From the NCBI GenBank assembly GCA_964106645.2, contig OZ067039.1: 64,000 bases of DNA. The stretch is one strand, 5' to 3'. Every line of letters starts with the position of its first letter. Position 1 is the first letter of the stretch. A program made the position numbers and the translations under genes. The notes under the pieces were generated by a model. It did not search any database, was not told where the DNA came from, and was given only the letters and a program-made list of their open reading frames with translations. Positions 1 through 13,364 of this stretch are shown here, one piece after another. Origin of the DNA: Podarcis pityusensis (lineage: Eukaryota).

Positions 1-350
1 CTACTATGCCCTTGCAGCTGGTCCAGACACTGCAGTTGGTGCAGACTGCTGCAGGCTGGGTGCTGAGTGGTGCTTCTCATCAGCTGGGCTAAGGAATATG
101 CACTGGCTGCTTGTTAAGCACCAAACTAGTTCCCTCTACTGCCCTGTAAGGACAACTAAGACCAACTAATGGAACCCAGTTAGTTTTTCCATGGCCAGAT
201 TATTATCATGAACTGGTAACAAGGAACTGGGGCTTTCTTACTGCTGGCACCAGCGTTGTGGAATGCTCTCCCTGCTGAAAGATGGAGGGGGGCATCAGTA
301 CTGGCATTCCACTAGTAATTGAAGACACACCTGTTTAGACAAGCATCTCC
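1..350 (+). mobile_element. Degraded L2-type LINE 3' region
   Basis: Remnants of the LQLVQ..AA, cactggctgc (HWL), tgtggaatgctctccc (LWNALP) and ttgaagacacacctgttt (LKTHLF) motifs. Confidence 0.6.
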
Positions 351-555
351 CTGATCTCCTGACTTCAGACAACGATCAAAGCAGGACGGTCATCTTTTTA
401 AACTGCTTTGCTGTTTTAATGGGCTTGTTTGTTATATATTTTAACTCTGGGTGGTTCAATCTCTTGTGCATTTTCATTACAAGTAGCTATATTATCATAA
501 TATAGCTATATTTTCAGAATTAGTTTTATTCTTGTTATCTGGCTCTTGGCTGTTT

Positions 556-704
556 ATAGAGTCATAGAACTGCAGAGTTGGAAGGGACGCTGAGGACCAT
601 CTAGTCCAACCCCCTGCAATGCAGGAATATGCTGCTGTCCCATTCGGGGATTGAACCTGCAACCTTGGCGTTATCCGCACCACTCTCTAACCAACCAAGC
701 TATC
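556..704 (-). mobile_element. tRNA-Ile-derived SINE with CR1-like tail (POM/Squam2 type)
   Basis: Reverse complement: tRNA-like head tagcttggttggttagag...ataacgccaaggttgcaggttcaatcccc, then ggactagatg...cccttccaactct...ttctatga tail; second copy at 63407. Confidence 0.85.
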
Positions 705-1397
705 CACTTGAACTGCCTTCATGTAATCTTGTTGAAATATAATGCGGTATGTGAGTTCTTTTAACAATGATGATGATGATGACGAAAATGTTCTTTGCCA
801 AGCAGGAAGGTAATTCTCCCACTACCACCACCATCAGCAGCACTGGAACACACATGTTCTGGCAAAAGGTAGTGACAAGTGTTTCAGGTGGCTGGATACC
901 TATCAGTTCTATGGCTCTCTGTGATTAGTGGCAGAGTATTCCATGAAGGCCTAAGTGCTGACACTGAGAACATCTGAAAGGGAAAGTGCCCATTCTGTTA
1001 ACCATAATGCATTGTTGTAGCAAGGAGAAGGAACAGAGTTGCAAAGAGCTGTTTGACGCATGGTTCTCATGGAATTGCCAGCAGTGACCATCATGGACAT
1101 GTCAGTGGGGCAATTAGCCTGAACTGGATGCTCTGGATACAGCCTCAGAGCTTTTTATTTCCTCCCTACTGCCAAGCAAGGACCTCCAGTAGAAGGTAGG
1201 ACTTCCTCCCACCCTTCATTGCCACTCTGTGGTTGTAGCCAGGTAATGCGTTCAGCCCCTCCGTACATAAATTATCATGGTTGCCACCTAAACTTATTAA
1301 GAATCATCTGGAAAGAAGTAAGTAGAACCATTCATTTCTATATAAGCACAGACTTCTAACATACAAGGCCCTCCCACTATATATAAGGGCCTGGTGA

Positions 1398-1480
1398 CTT
1401 CTGTTTCAGCGTATCTGAAAGCTTATACCCAGAACAAACTTAGTTGGTCTCTAAGGTGCTACTGGACAATCTTTTAATTT
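1398..1480 (+). mobile_element. Penelope-like element terminal-repeat remnant
   Basis: tatctgaaagcttatacccagaacaaacttagttggtctctaaggtgctactgg resembles squamate Penelope termini (from recall). Confidence 0.6.
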
Positions 1481-2477
1481 TTTTATTTAATACACGTCTG
1501 CTCTATGTGATGAGCCTACCAAAAAGCAAAGGAGATGAAATAACTTCTAAAGAATAAATGTCACTGAGAGCCAGGAGCATCTTCATCAGTGGACTAAATT
1601 GAAATCCCAACTGGATAGTCCCTCAAGGAGACAGAGAGTTTTGGCTGGAAATCTACGTGAAATATATACGGTTGTGAATTTACCAGCTGTTCTTGTTTGG
1701 CAGCCTCAGCAGCTGAAGTGGTACAATTGGGAAGCTTTAGGGAACTACAGCAACTCATAAACCCTTAGTAAATCCTTGTAAAGTAAAAATTTAAGATCTG
1801 TGAGACGGCATAATTCTTTAATTCAATCCCATTGGGATTTGCCACCTAACAAATACGTTCCTAGTTTTAAAGTTCTGTACATGCAATAAAATGAGTTAAT
1901 TCCAATTTCTCATAGACGTGGCTTGATTCTTACAATTAACGAAATCTAACATCAGCCTTACTTCCAAGTATTAAGAAGAGATGCCACAGCCTCTCTTTTG
2001 TTAAGGACCATTCCCTACTATGTCATATCCATTGCCCTGTTTCAGATGACGGACAATAGAGAAGATGACATTTCAATAGGAGGGGCAAGATTTACAATAT
2101 TCTTGGATGTATACAGTATTGCAAGTACTGGTCCAACTATCACCCTTGGTAAAATTTCAAGATACCCTAAATGACTAAGCCCTATGGTCATGGCACTGAC
2201 CAGAGGGTCAGCAGCCCTGGACCTAATCTTGAGTGCTGCCAGGACTTGGTGTGAGATGTAAGTGTTGTTGAGCCAACTGGGAGCAGTGTCAATAGTGCTG
2301 TTAACCTAAGCATATATGTAAATGGCCAATTGGCAAGAAAACCCATCACATTTGATGTCATAGGATAAAATGAGGGAATTGATAAAAAAGCCAAATATTT
2401 CCAAAATAACTAATGTATGCATTGCCAGTACTTGCATTTCCGTTATAAAAAGCTGGTTTTCAGTTTTTAAAGAGTGA

Positions 2478-2650
2478 GGCTGGATCTAGACACATCAAAG
2501 CAGTGTTTCAGTTTAAAGTGTTGTAAACTTAAACAGGGAAAACAGGTAGAGAAAAACAGGACTCCACATTGCCATCTGGTGGTGCAATGTTATATTGCAC
2601 ATTCAACACATATGAATTGCTTTTTCTTTACCAGTCTAGCTGAGTCCTGA
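2478..2650. repeat. Probable small non-autonomous DNA element carrying a CTCF-like motif
   Basis: Loose inverted ends (ggctggatctagac ... gtctagctgagtcc); internal CCACCAGATGGCA on the minus strand at 2570-2582. Confidence 0.4.
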
Positions 2651-3429
2651 GTGGCTGGATGGACTCTCTGACAGTGAAATTGAATAGAAGTACTGCTCCA
2701 CCAATTGAAAAGTAATTTAACTATCAGTTTTGCTTTTGCAGGAATAGCATCTCAGAGCTGAAGTCACGGAGCCTCTCACAAATGGTTGAGGACATTCAAT
2801 TCACAAGCAGGAAAGTAAAGATCTGCATGCAGAATGGTACAAGGTAAATAGGATTTAGTCAGCAGATGTGACGTCACAGGTCCACTCCACCCATCTTTAC
2901 TCAAAACACAACAGCTGTTTCCCTTGTGTCCCTATAGCAGTGGGTGGGGGCAGTTGTCAACTAGAGTTGCATCCAGGCACAATGGCAATAAAATGTAATT
3001 TGCTGGCACCAATCCAACAGCCTGAAGTTAATGGGAGGGGGGTTGTCCTTCAAAACATCAAAGACACACCAAGTGATCAAACAGCTTAAGGATTAGGTGT
3101 TAGACTGCGCTGCAGAGAAGAGGTGAGCTAAAACAGAGGGTACTTTTGAAATGTTTTTCTCACACAACCTGCCCGCCCCCTTCTAGCGATTTATGGGGAT
3201 TGTTTACACAAGGGCAAAGCTGCCCATTCTGTGGGAACAAGGGTAAACACTATGTGTCCCCAAATTGCCAAAGCAGCCAAGCATGCTCCTCGTCTTCCCA
3301 CGCTGAGTGGGGGTGACTTTGTGGGCTGCCCTTGAAGCATGAGAAAATGAAGGTGTCCCTGTGTTTCCTCTCACCCAAGTGTGGGCAGTGCTGCTTTGTT
3401 TGCCCTCAGTGGCACTGCTACAAATCTGT

Positions 3430-3531
3430 TTGGCTACATAGCATCATGACATCATCGTGCTTCCCAATTGTGATTCCCAATTGGCTACATAGCACCATGA
3501 CATCACCGTGCTTGCTATGTGAATCCCAATT
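3430..3531. repeat. 51-bp tandem duplication
   Basis: ttggctacatagcaYcatgacatcaYcgtgctt starts at both 3430 and 3481. Confidence 0.85.
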
Positions 3532-3816
3532 AGCACTGGAGGAGGAGAAACAGAAGAGTGGGATAAAGAAGCTGTGTGAGCAGCCGTGTTAAAAATACAT
3601 ATGGTATTCTTCAGGACATTTTATCCTGAAAATCTTTGTGTGGGGGGGGGGAGGAAATCAGTGCAGTTGTAGTTTGAATACTTTTGGGGGTCGACGGCTT
3701 TGTGGAGTTGATGCCATAACATCAGAGCACATTGAATAAAAGAAAGAAAACTGCCACACAAGAGATACTCCATGGGCAACAAAGCCTAGCAGTGGTGTTC
3801 CTTGTAATAATAAATA

Positions 3817-4063
3817 GGTAAAGGTAAAGGTAAAGGGGCCCCTGACCATTAGGTCCAGTCATGGACGACTCTGGGGTTGCGGCGCTCATCTCACTTTATT
3901 GGCCGAGGGAGCCAGTTTAGAGCTTCCAAGTCATGTGGCCAGCATAACTAAGCCACTTCTGGAGAACTGAAGCAGTGCATGAAAACGCCGTTTACCTTCC
4001 CGCCGGAGCGGTACCTATTTATCTACTTGCACTGCATGCTTTTCAACTGCAAGGTTGGCAGGA
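3817..4063 (-). mobile_element. Sauria (Squam1) SINE, 5'-truncated
   Basis: (aaaggt)n tail and Sauria body; perfect 13-bp TSD gtaataataaata at 3804-3816 and 4064-4076. Confidence 0.92.
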
Positions 4064-5443
4064 GTAATAATAAATAATCCCTTCCAATTTCTGCATGAGG
4101 GTTTCCCTCCCACCCCAAATATAATAGCAAAGTTTCAACATAACAAACACTTATACCACTTGAAAAATTGCACATTCTATAAGGCTTCTGGTCTCCGGAC
4201 AATATTGTAACAATACTTTTCTGAACAGAACTGGCATCCACACACTTTATGAGAAAAATGAATTGGACAGTTCTGACTCCTTCCTCCAGCTTTCACCCAC
4301 TCCATTGAATGCTACAAATACTAGTTTTAATATGGTCATGCTTCCCCCCACCCCCAAACTACTAAATCTGAAAAAACATCTGCAAAAATATTTATCTTAA
4401 ATGATAAAAATAAGTGGTTTTACATATAACACTATACTTGTATCTAGAAAAAGAAATTGCTTAAATTTAATGTTTTAAGACACACATGACTAAAGTAAAC
4501 TTACTTGGAAGTAAGACTGGCTGGACTCTGTGGGACTGACTTCCAAATGACATGCATAGGATCAGATTGCATGCTTCCTTTTAGGAATGCAGCACTTTAA
4601 GTTCTGTGTGGTAGATTTTGCATGCCTAGCCAGGTTCCAGAAGCATCCCTTCCAAAACCAAATCCCTCACACTGCATAAAAAGCATTCCCAAAGCTCAAG
4701 TGAATTTTGGGAAGAGCCTCTTAAGGCAGCAAGTGCTGTGGTTAAAAAGAGAGGTGGAGGGGGATAACTCTAGTGTGAATATGGAAGCATTTGCACACGT
4801 CGAAGGAGCTCTGTGGAATCCATAAGCAGCTTCATTGGTTACATGTGGAGTGCCAACATAAAGTTGGTGTGTGACTGAAATCCTTTAATACCTTTATCAT
4901 CAAAGCCAGGGTCCACTCTACAAGCATCTTGGTAATAGCATCGTAATGGTGATCTGACTCAATTTCCAGAAATTGTATAGAATAAGCTTTTACCATGGTC
5001 TCTGCACCAGTTGAGCACACCAACATAATGTGGTTCCGCCACATTTTCCAGGGACTGGGCTCCAAGTTTATCTTTTATCAAAATACTAATGTTTATGTCA
5101 CAGCAACCAAAGCAGTTCAGACAGTGCAAATTTTTCATTCACACAGCATATTTGGAAATGTGAAGTTTTACTAATTTTCTGTTCTGCTGAGTATCAAATT
5201 CAGTCCTAAGCATGCTGATCCCAAAGTGTAGCCGTCAAATTCAGTTTTGACTTTTGACAGATAAAAATAAATGAATGAATCAGAGGCAAACTCTTCTAAA
5301 CAAACCTGGCATCTCCCATAAACGTTTTCAAAAAAATTGGGTTTTTAAAAAAAGTTGCCAAAAACATTTCTGATTTTATGAAATGAAGATAGTCAATAAT
5401 TTCTCCCGAATGTTGCAGTATGAGATCTACAGCTGCTAATTTG

Positions 5444-5600
5444 AAGAAGAGCCTGCTAGAGCAAGCCAAAGGCCCATCTAGTCCAGCATCCTGTTCTCAC
5501 AGTGACCGCCGTGGGAAACCCAGAAGCAGGACCTGAGCAGAATAGCACCCTCCCCCCCTACAGTTTCCAACAACTAGTATTTATAAGTGTTGTAGCCTTC
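5444..5600 (-). mobile_element. CR1 LINE 3'UTR fragment
   Basis: aagaagagcctgct...ggcccatctagtccagcatcctgttctcacagtg; homologous to 62528-62735 and, inverted, to 57660-57810. Confidence 0.75.
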
Positions 5601-6178
5601 TTCTGCCTTCTCCTTTTACTTTAGTTCATCTCTGTTATCTTTAACACGCAGCAATACTGGTTAAACAACTTGAAGGAAAAGAAGGTTGCGCCACCTGAGG
5701 AATTTCTTAATTCTCATGCCCCTGACCCTACTACTAACTCACCCTGCTCCATCCTGGCAAATGCATATCATTGGAAGAAAGGGGACATCCTGGTCGTCCC
5801 CCCCCAACTATATGGTGACCATTTGGGGCTGAGTTCTTGCCCCCCCCCGATGTTTTTAAGGTCCATGATCTTGCGTGATGCTCCAAAATGAGCATTTATG
5901 GGCACCGTGCCCCCCAAAAGCTATTTTTCCAGATCCGCAATCTCTCACGGGTTACGTGATTTGTGCGGGAGTGCAGACCCGGAAGATGGTGTCCCAAATT
6001 TGGGCCACATTGTGTTGGAGGGTATGCAAATGCACAGCCAGCAAGAGGGTACTGTTGCTGATGCTCTATATAGACCCCACCCACCACCATTTACTGCTGC
6101 TTGGCTTTAAGTGAGAAACAGACAGGAATGGCTTCCATAAACCTGGCCTAACAGAAGCCTTTTTGAAATTACCAGGTA

Positions 6179-6410
6179 CAGTGGTACCTCGGGTTACGTA
6201 CTTAATTCGTTCCGGAGGTCCGTACTTAACCTGAAACTGTTCTTAACCTGAAGCACCACTTTAGCTAATGGGGTCTCCTGCTGCTGCCGCGCCACCGGAG
6301 CACAATTTCTGTTCTCATCCTGAAGCAAAGTACTAAACCTGAAGCACTATTTCTGGGTTAGCGGAGTCTGTAACCTGAAGCGTATGTAACCTGAAGCGTA
6401 TGTAACCTGA
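6179..6410 (+). mobile_element. Tc1/mariner (pogo/Tigger-like) MITE lacking its right terminus
   Basis: TA + cagtggtacctcgggttac left TIR; internal 16-bp tandem tgtaacctgaagcgta; near-identical to 16009-16236. Confidence 0.85.
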
Positions 6411-9400
6411 ATCTAGTTAGAGAAGCTTCATTCTAGGCATAAATGGTGAGAGAGGGAACCTGCTCTTGTGGCAGAGGAAATTGTCAGCCCATTCCATTAA
6501 CCCTTTGGGGGGGAAATTCCCCAAACTGACATCAATTTCGGAACTTCTTTCTGCCCCCTCCCAAAAAGGTTTTTTAAGCCAAACCCTTTTTCCTTGAACT
6601 TTTTAGTAAAAAACTTTTCCTGATTTAATTTCCTATCCAGAGTTGGAAAATAGGCTGTTTATATGTATAATAAATGAAAGAGGTGTGAAGTACTATTAAA
6701 TCTGAACACAAAACTCAAGCGGATTAAGTTTCGAATCACTATTCCAGATGAAAAATCAGCACCCCAGAGTTTAAGAGGCCACACTGATAGAAGTCCTGTA
6801 CAATACATTCTTACTGAAGTAGACTGACTTCAAAAACGTAGTTCATGCACCATTTTAAAAGAATGTGACTCTGCTTCAAAAGCAAAAGCTTGTCATCTCT
6901 CTGAGCAAGATCTGTGCCAGCAGCAAACAATACAAGGCAAGTGGGAAACACCCTTTGTAATCACAAAGACTTTCATAGCAGGAATTTGTACAGAGTATTT
7001 TTCTCAAACATGCAATCATGTCGAAGTTCAAGGTAAATGAAAGAAGAAAAGCAGTAGTTAGTTCCACCACATCCTGAGACATTCCTGGAGGTGTACAAAC
7101 CAGCGCTGCTATTGCACCTAGTTACATATCAAAACAACACAAGAAATAGACCTGACAGAAGAATATATATTGCAAAGCATAGGATTTATATTTGTGAACT
7201 CCTTTCCCTAACCTGCAAATAGTCGAAAAGTCTGGATTGCCCAGGGGCCGGGGGGTGGGGGGGGGGGAATGATACTGAGAACAATCAGCTTTCAATTTTT
7301 GTGTGATTTACTTAGCTGTTCAATAAAAAGTTCTCCCGGATTGAACCTATTTTTGTACTCACACAAAGCAACCTGCCTACTGGTTTATAGGTATGTAAAA
7401 GTATTTCTTAGATTGGCACTCCTGCCTTCAGAAGAATTTATGGGGGAAATGATGCTCAATTCATCATATGTCATCTAAGTGTTATGATCCCACTGAATCT
7501 ACGTTCCAAACCAGGCTTACAAACACAGTGTCATAAACATTCAGAACCACTTAGCTTTACATACATAACGAAGTACTATCTGTGTGTGTGTTGGGGGGGG
7601 CGGGGACTAATGGATCAAATGGTATTAGTAATTCTGATTCCAGTCCTAGACAAGGTGGCACTTAGCAAGCAAATTATGATATACAGCATTCATCCAAATG
7701 CTTCTTGCAGTGATCAAGGCAAACTTTCTGTCTTTTTCAAGAGACTTCAGGGAAGTCTGGATCCAGCTCTGACAGTTCTCCGTAAGATGTGCAGGCGAGT
7801 TAATTACTGAAAGTGACTGCACATCCTGTTACTTTGACAAGCAAGGAGCTAATGGATTATTATAATATAGCAGGGGGTTACTTACATATACTGTATTATA
7901 AAGTTTCTGCTTCTGAAAGACAAGCAGGTCCGAATGAGCCTGCGGAAATATTTATATTTATATAAATACTTATCATATTAATAGCATGCTAATAAGTTAA
8001 ATCTTTCTTGCTTTATGATCCTCTCATGAGAGAATGAAGATGTGCTACAATACAAGTGTTCTGAATTCAACAAATGTGTCAGCAAATCTAATGGAGTATT
8101 TATTAATATGCAATATACTGCATTTCCAGAACCAAAATTTGTGGCTGGAAACAAAGTACAAGAAGGACAGAGGAAATAAATGAATTTGGAGTACAGATTA
8201 AATTATTGCATCCTAAAATTATTTTTCCCACTCTTTAATGTAATAATAGAGGAATGGATCATTTTTGTGAACATCTATAGTTTCTCTCTCTCATTTTCAT
8301 TATTCTTTTTATGTAAATGTGTCCCTCTGGTAATATAAAAAAGGTCTGTCATTCATATAATATGAACTGAATTTAATTATACACAAGACACAGTTGGTTT
8401 CTTGGAATCTTGTTCTTTTCACTGGATTGGAGAAGTCTGTTGAAGATCATGTCCAATATATTCATGAGCCTCTTGGGAGATTTTACATTTTAGAAGCTGA
8501 AACCATCTGTTCAATTTAATGCGAGGTACAGGATGTGATCCAGAAGGGAACACACACACATTCTGGACACACACCTACATTTTCTCAGAGTTACGTTTTT
8601 AGAAGTTCTACTCAAAGAAGCCTCAAACTTCCCTTAAAACTTCTCCTGAGTTGAGAGCTTTCAGCAGGATAAATGCCCCCCAGGTTCCCTTTTAAACTGA
8701 GCTTGTGTCAATTTGCAAATTGCTTCTTGAACTTGCAGAAGTTTAAAGAGCAGTTTGAGGGTTCTGTGAAGGCATCTTCTGAAAAGGTAAGTGAAATCCA
8801 TGTCTGCGCACAGTATGTTCAGTCACCTCCCTGAGGCTGAAATAGCTTTTCCAGAGAATTAAAGCTGGTATGATAGAACCTTCATTGCCTTAAGTCCTCA
8901 TGTCTGATTATTTTTTTTTTAAAGGTGCTTCCTCAGTAATAATGGTTGGCCAGAGATGATGGTGAGACCAAAGAAATTAGCTACAAAGCTTGGTTTCAAA
9001 ACCAAGTAGTTCTCCTTAATAACTTTGTGGATGTAAATTATATGAATATGTTTAACATTTTATGTAAAGATGTGCTATGGTTGCTCATTTCTTTTTGCTA
9101 TCATAAGCAATTGCCTAGTAATAGAACAAAAACAAAACACAAAACAATGCATTGGTCTGACATCCCAGTATTAAAAACCTTTCCTAAATATAAACCCACC
9201 TTTTTCAATTAAACTTGATTTCAAATAAATATTAATGTTATTTTAAAAATAAATTGTCCTGTTGGTACATTTTTTTATCTATGGTATACGGTACTTTCTC
9301 ATAAACTTCTTTTTGTGATTTTGAACAAACCACAAACATTCTAGAGAGATTTGACCCTCTTCACTTTCCCTCTCAACTTTTAACCCTTGGAGACTCCAGT

Positions 9401-9494
9401 GTAAATGTAGGGCCACCTCAGTAAGTCCAGGCAGGAAGATTGTTCAACAGTAGGGTGGCGGTACACAAACAGAATCACTGTCCTGTTTCTGATA

Positions 9495-9840
9495 GTAAAG
9501 GTAAAGGGACCCCTGACCATTAGGTCCAGCCGTGACCGACTCTGGGGTTGCGGCGCTCATCTCGCTTTATTGGCCGAGGGAGCCGGAGTACAGTCATGTG
9601 GCCAGCATGACTAAGCCGCTTCTGGCGAACCAAAGCAGCGCACGGAAATGCCATTTACCTTCCCGCTGGAGCGGTACCTATTTATCTACTTGCACTTTGA
9701 CGTGCTTTCGAACTGCTAGGTTGGCAGGAGCAGGGACCGAGCAACGGGAGCTCACCCCGTCGTGGGGATTCGAACCGCCAACCTTCTGATCGGCAAGTCC
9801 TAGGCTCTGTGGTTTAACCCACAGCGCCACCCATGTCCCT
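9495..9840 (-). mobile_element. Sauria (Squam1) SINE, essentially full length
   Basis: tRNA-like head with B box ggttcgaatccc and (aaaggt) tail; probable TSD cctgtttctgata (9482-9494) / cctgttcctgata (9846-9858). Confidence 0.95.
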
Positions 9841-12800
9841 TATACCCTGTTCCTGATACCCAGCATCAAATAAAGGCATTCGAACTCAGTGGATTGATGG
9901 GTAGGGTGCCAAGCAAGGGATATAATATCATGATAGACAATAGCAACCCTACCTCTCTCCCCATTGGGTCTATCTTGCTGCACCACTGAGTACAGGTAAC
10001 TGGTGGGCTTAACTGAGATAGATAAATGTCACTATTCTCATCTACCACTGCACTAAGACCTCAGTGATGCAAGCCAGGTCAACATAGACATAGTTATTCA
10101 GAACTAAATTGTGGATAAGAGGAGATTTCTCTTTTGGTGACCTGAAAAAGCAGAATCTGCAGGCCCAATGGGTAATTGATATGGCAACCGTGAGAACTTC
10201 AACTGAGTGGTGGACAGGTGGACAGATAGCTGTAAGGTGTCTATATCCTTTCTCCTCACCTGATTCAACAGTTACCCATCACAAAGTCTGAATATGGGGT
10301 ATCTCTTCTTCCTTACTAAAACACAGTCCATCACATAACATCCACCAGATATAATTGGAGCAGCCGAACATGGAACAAGCATTAGATGGAATAAACGCTC
10401 TCAGCTATTCCCGCTGACCCAGCAGTTGTGAACACTGGTCTTCCCCCAGATGCTGCTGGTGGGCAAGAATTCTGCATCTGCCTGGCTTAGAATAGACTCA
10501 GAATCATAACACACAGATTGGTCACAATGCCCTATTCTTCACATTTATATTCATTTAAAACATTTTAACCACACCTCCTCCAAAGCTCCAGATGGCTTAC
10601 AAAACATCTAAAATTAAACTTATAAACCTCATAGAAAACCATTACAATTCATCAGATAAATTTTGATTATCTCCTGTAACAACAACAAAATAAATACTGA
10701 GAATATTTACTCAGTAAAAGTTATGTTCTACATAAGTGCTTGTGCTCTTGGTGGGTTGGGGGAGGAGAAAGGGTCACTACAGCAAACGTCTAATGTCTTA
10801 GCCAAAGCTATGAAAGCCTCACATCCATTGTGAAGGAGAATGGGGGAAATAATAAATAAATCTACATTTCAGAATAATCTGGGGAAATGAAAGCTGCTGC
10901 TTCCAGCTTTGGATTCATACCAGGCTCCTGTTGGCATAGCAAAAAAGATATTCATCAAGATTCTGGAATAAAACAATATGGTGTAAATTACACTGGCAAC
11001 CCAACAAAGGAATGGAATCCTATGGGCTGTTTTGCCCAAATACTTCTGCACCTGGAAAGCAAACAAAAATCTATTTTGTGCATCCATGTGCACACAATGA
11101 GATGTAAAATCAGACCGTTGCTTGAAAGCAGCAAAAGGAATGCTTATTGCAGTAGCACAACTCCTTCGAAAGGAAAGCTTTATAATTACACATAGTATTG
11201 TATAAAAACAAACAGCAGACATTTAGTAGAAAATCACATGAACAAAGCTGGGCTCCTTTTCAATATATTTCTCAGCAGTAGATGAGAGAAAAATCAGGAG
11301 CTAAAGTATAACAATTTAAGTGCTGGCAAACCTTAACACCACATATAACCTTGGTATTTTCCAACAGACAATTAAGCAAGCATATATACATCTTAATTTC
11401 AGCGACACTTACACATGCTTAACTGTATATAGGATTGTCCTCTTTCCTCTCTGTGTGAAATTTAGTAGCACATCTCACAGAACATACAATTTGCATTTAT
11501 ATCTGTAATATGTAACTATACATTCAAATATTGTTCTGGTTTTGATAGCCACACCATATGTTCGTAAATATCCTCTCTAAAAGAACACAAATATGTGTCA
11601 CTTTGAAAATAAAGCCCAGAAATTATCAATGTTTCTAAGTCAACAACTTCCAGTCAACATACACATGGCCTTGGTTGCAATTCATTCTTAACCAGCCCCA
11701 TATTTTACACTGTACAAGAACTGAAGGATCAGTAACCTTTAATCTTCCCACTGACGTACTCCTGCTTTATCAAAGCCAAAGGGACCACCCAGACTTCTGT
11801 TTTATTCAGGAACGTGTCATTGATACGTTAAAAGTGCATTTGAAGTAGATTTATAATGGCCCATTCGCACATCCTCCCACTTTATCAGTTATTCTGTGAT
11901 GCTTCCCCAGCAATCCTGCATCATTGCATCTGTAGTTTAATTCCACCCACTGCCATTGCCCGTGTTCCTGCCACCCCCAATTCCCCACCTTTTCTACCAG
12001 AATGCACCAACAGGAAGTATGTGGGAGTAGCACAGCAGTACAAGCTTTTCCCCTTCCTTGTCTTAGCAGTTTCATAGAAATCCATGTCACCACCCCAGCT
12101 CAAAAGCTGAGAGGAAGGCTGGTTCAACCACACGGGAACAACCTGGCAACCACCTCACTAGTCTTTGCTGCTCAGTGCCCGCCAAGCCACAAAAAAGGTG
12201 TGTGGGGGGGTTCGCTCTACTTGAAGACTCTCAGAGATGCTTTCCACAAAGACCATTCCCTCCAGTCATTCAAGCTCCAGTGCATGGCTGGTCAGGGGCT
12301 TGCTAGGTGAAGAGGTGGGGACTGGAGGCTACAATTTTGGGCTTGGCCAGCCAGGCCAGCCTAAGGTTGGAGATCCCTGCTGACCTCCATGCCCAATGAT
12401 ACTTTGAAAAATATTTTCCAGTCAAAAGGTCAGAACTGTCAATATACACCAACGTTCCACAACTTCCATGCTTTCATTAAACATAGGAACAAAAGGCATT
12501 TTCTTTGTGTCTGTAGATGGGGGCATAGAAGCCCCACTCCTGTGCACATTGCCTTGCACACTCAAGTCTCCAGTCATCCCTGTGTTGATAAAAGTCTGAA
12601 AGGGGCTTCTACTTGCACTGCCTTGAAGTTAAGCAGAATGCCTCAGGCGAGCAGGGACCATGCTTTATCATGGGCTACAAGCATGAACTCAAATGAACTC
12701 AAAAAGGCTTCCTGCAAGCATTCCCCACTCACCGCACTAATGTGTGGAGACTTAAAGCACAGGGTGATATGCACTGGTACACTGTGGCGAGGCTTCTGTG

Positions 12801-13364
12801 AGTGCCCCTCCCCCACCTATAATAGCATTCCTATATTGAATACATAACAAGGTATGCCCTTCCTGTTTATAAAGTTCAGTGTGGCCCATTTGTTTTAGAG
12901 CACTACAGAATGGAAGTGGCTGTTTCCCCTACATCAGAAATAATCACCTTATTTTTATTTTTGACAAATTTTGCTTGTGCAGTATTATTATTTTCCAATG
13001 AGATGGCCATCTCATAAGTTGCACCAAATAAGACACTTCAGTGCAATTTACATACCATCATCATTGGTATAATCTGACTGAAGGCAAAAACCTTGATAAC
13101 TGCAGTAAAGGATGTAAATAAATTGGTGGTGGTGGGGATCTTACATTTATCGTCAATAACATGGCACCATACCATTACAAATCAGAATAATCACAGTTAA
13201 TTATGGTCATCCACAACTATTCAAAACTATTGTCAACCTGTGACTCCAGATAGACATGAAAACATTTACGGTATTTAATGTTCATGAGATACACTTGTCC
13301 ATGTAGCTCACAGTTCAGACAATATGAAATTGCATCTAAATAGAGAATAAAAATGGTATCTCAC

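Noticed and set aside
640-704. tRNA-Ile gene (also 63485-63549)
   Set aside because: Degenerate stems joined to a CR1-like tail: these are SINE heads.
6369-6410. CRISPR-like direct repeats
   Set aside because: Spacerless tandem units within a MITE in a vertebrate genome; no cas genes.
6497-6790. piggyBac-like TTAA-CCCTT left end
   Set aside because: No matching AAGGG-TTAA right end nearby.
9532-9789. Recurrent ORF family (also 15781, 46440, 51755, 52010)
   Set aside because: Antisense translations of Sauria SINEs, not genes.
12389-12847. Longest ORF (152 aa) and the other 60-130 aa ORFs
   Set aside because: No recognisable domains or exon structure; lengths are as expected by chance.
1-13364. 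ERC2 last exon or alternative long C-terminal exons
   Set aside because: No recognisable ELKS-like coding exon. The minus-strand frame at about 7650-7780 (WIQTSLKSLEKDRK...) has no recognisable homology.
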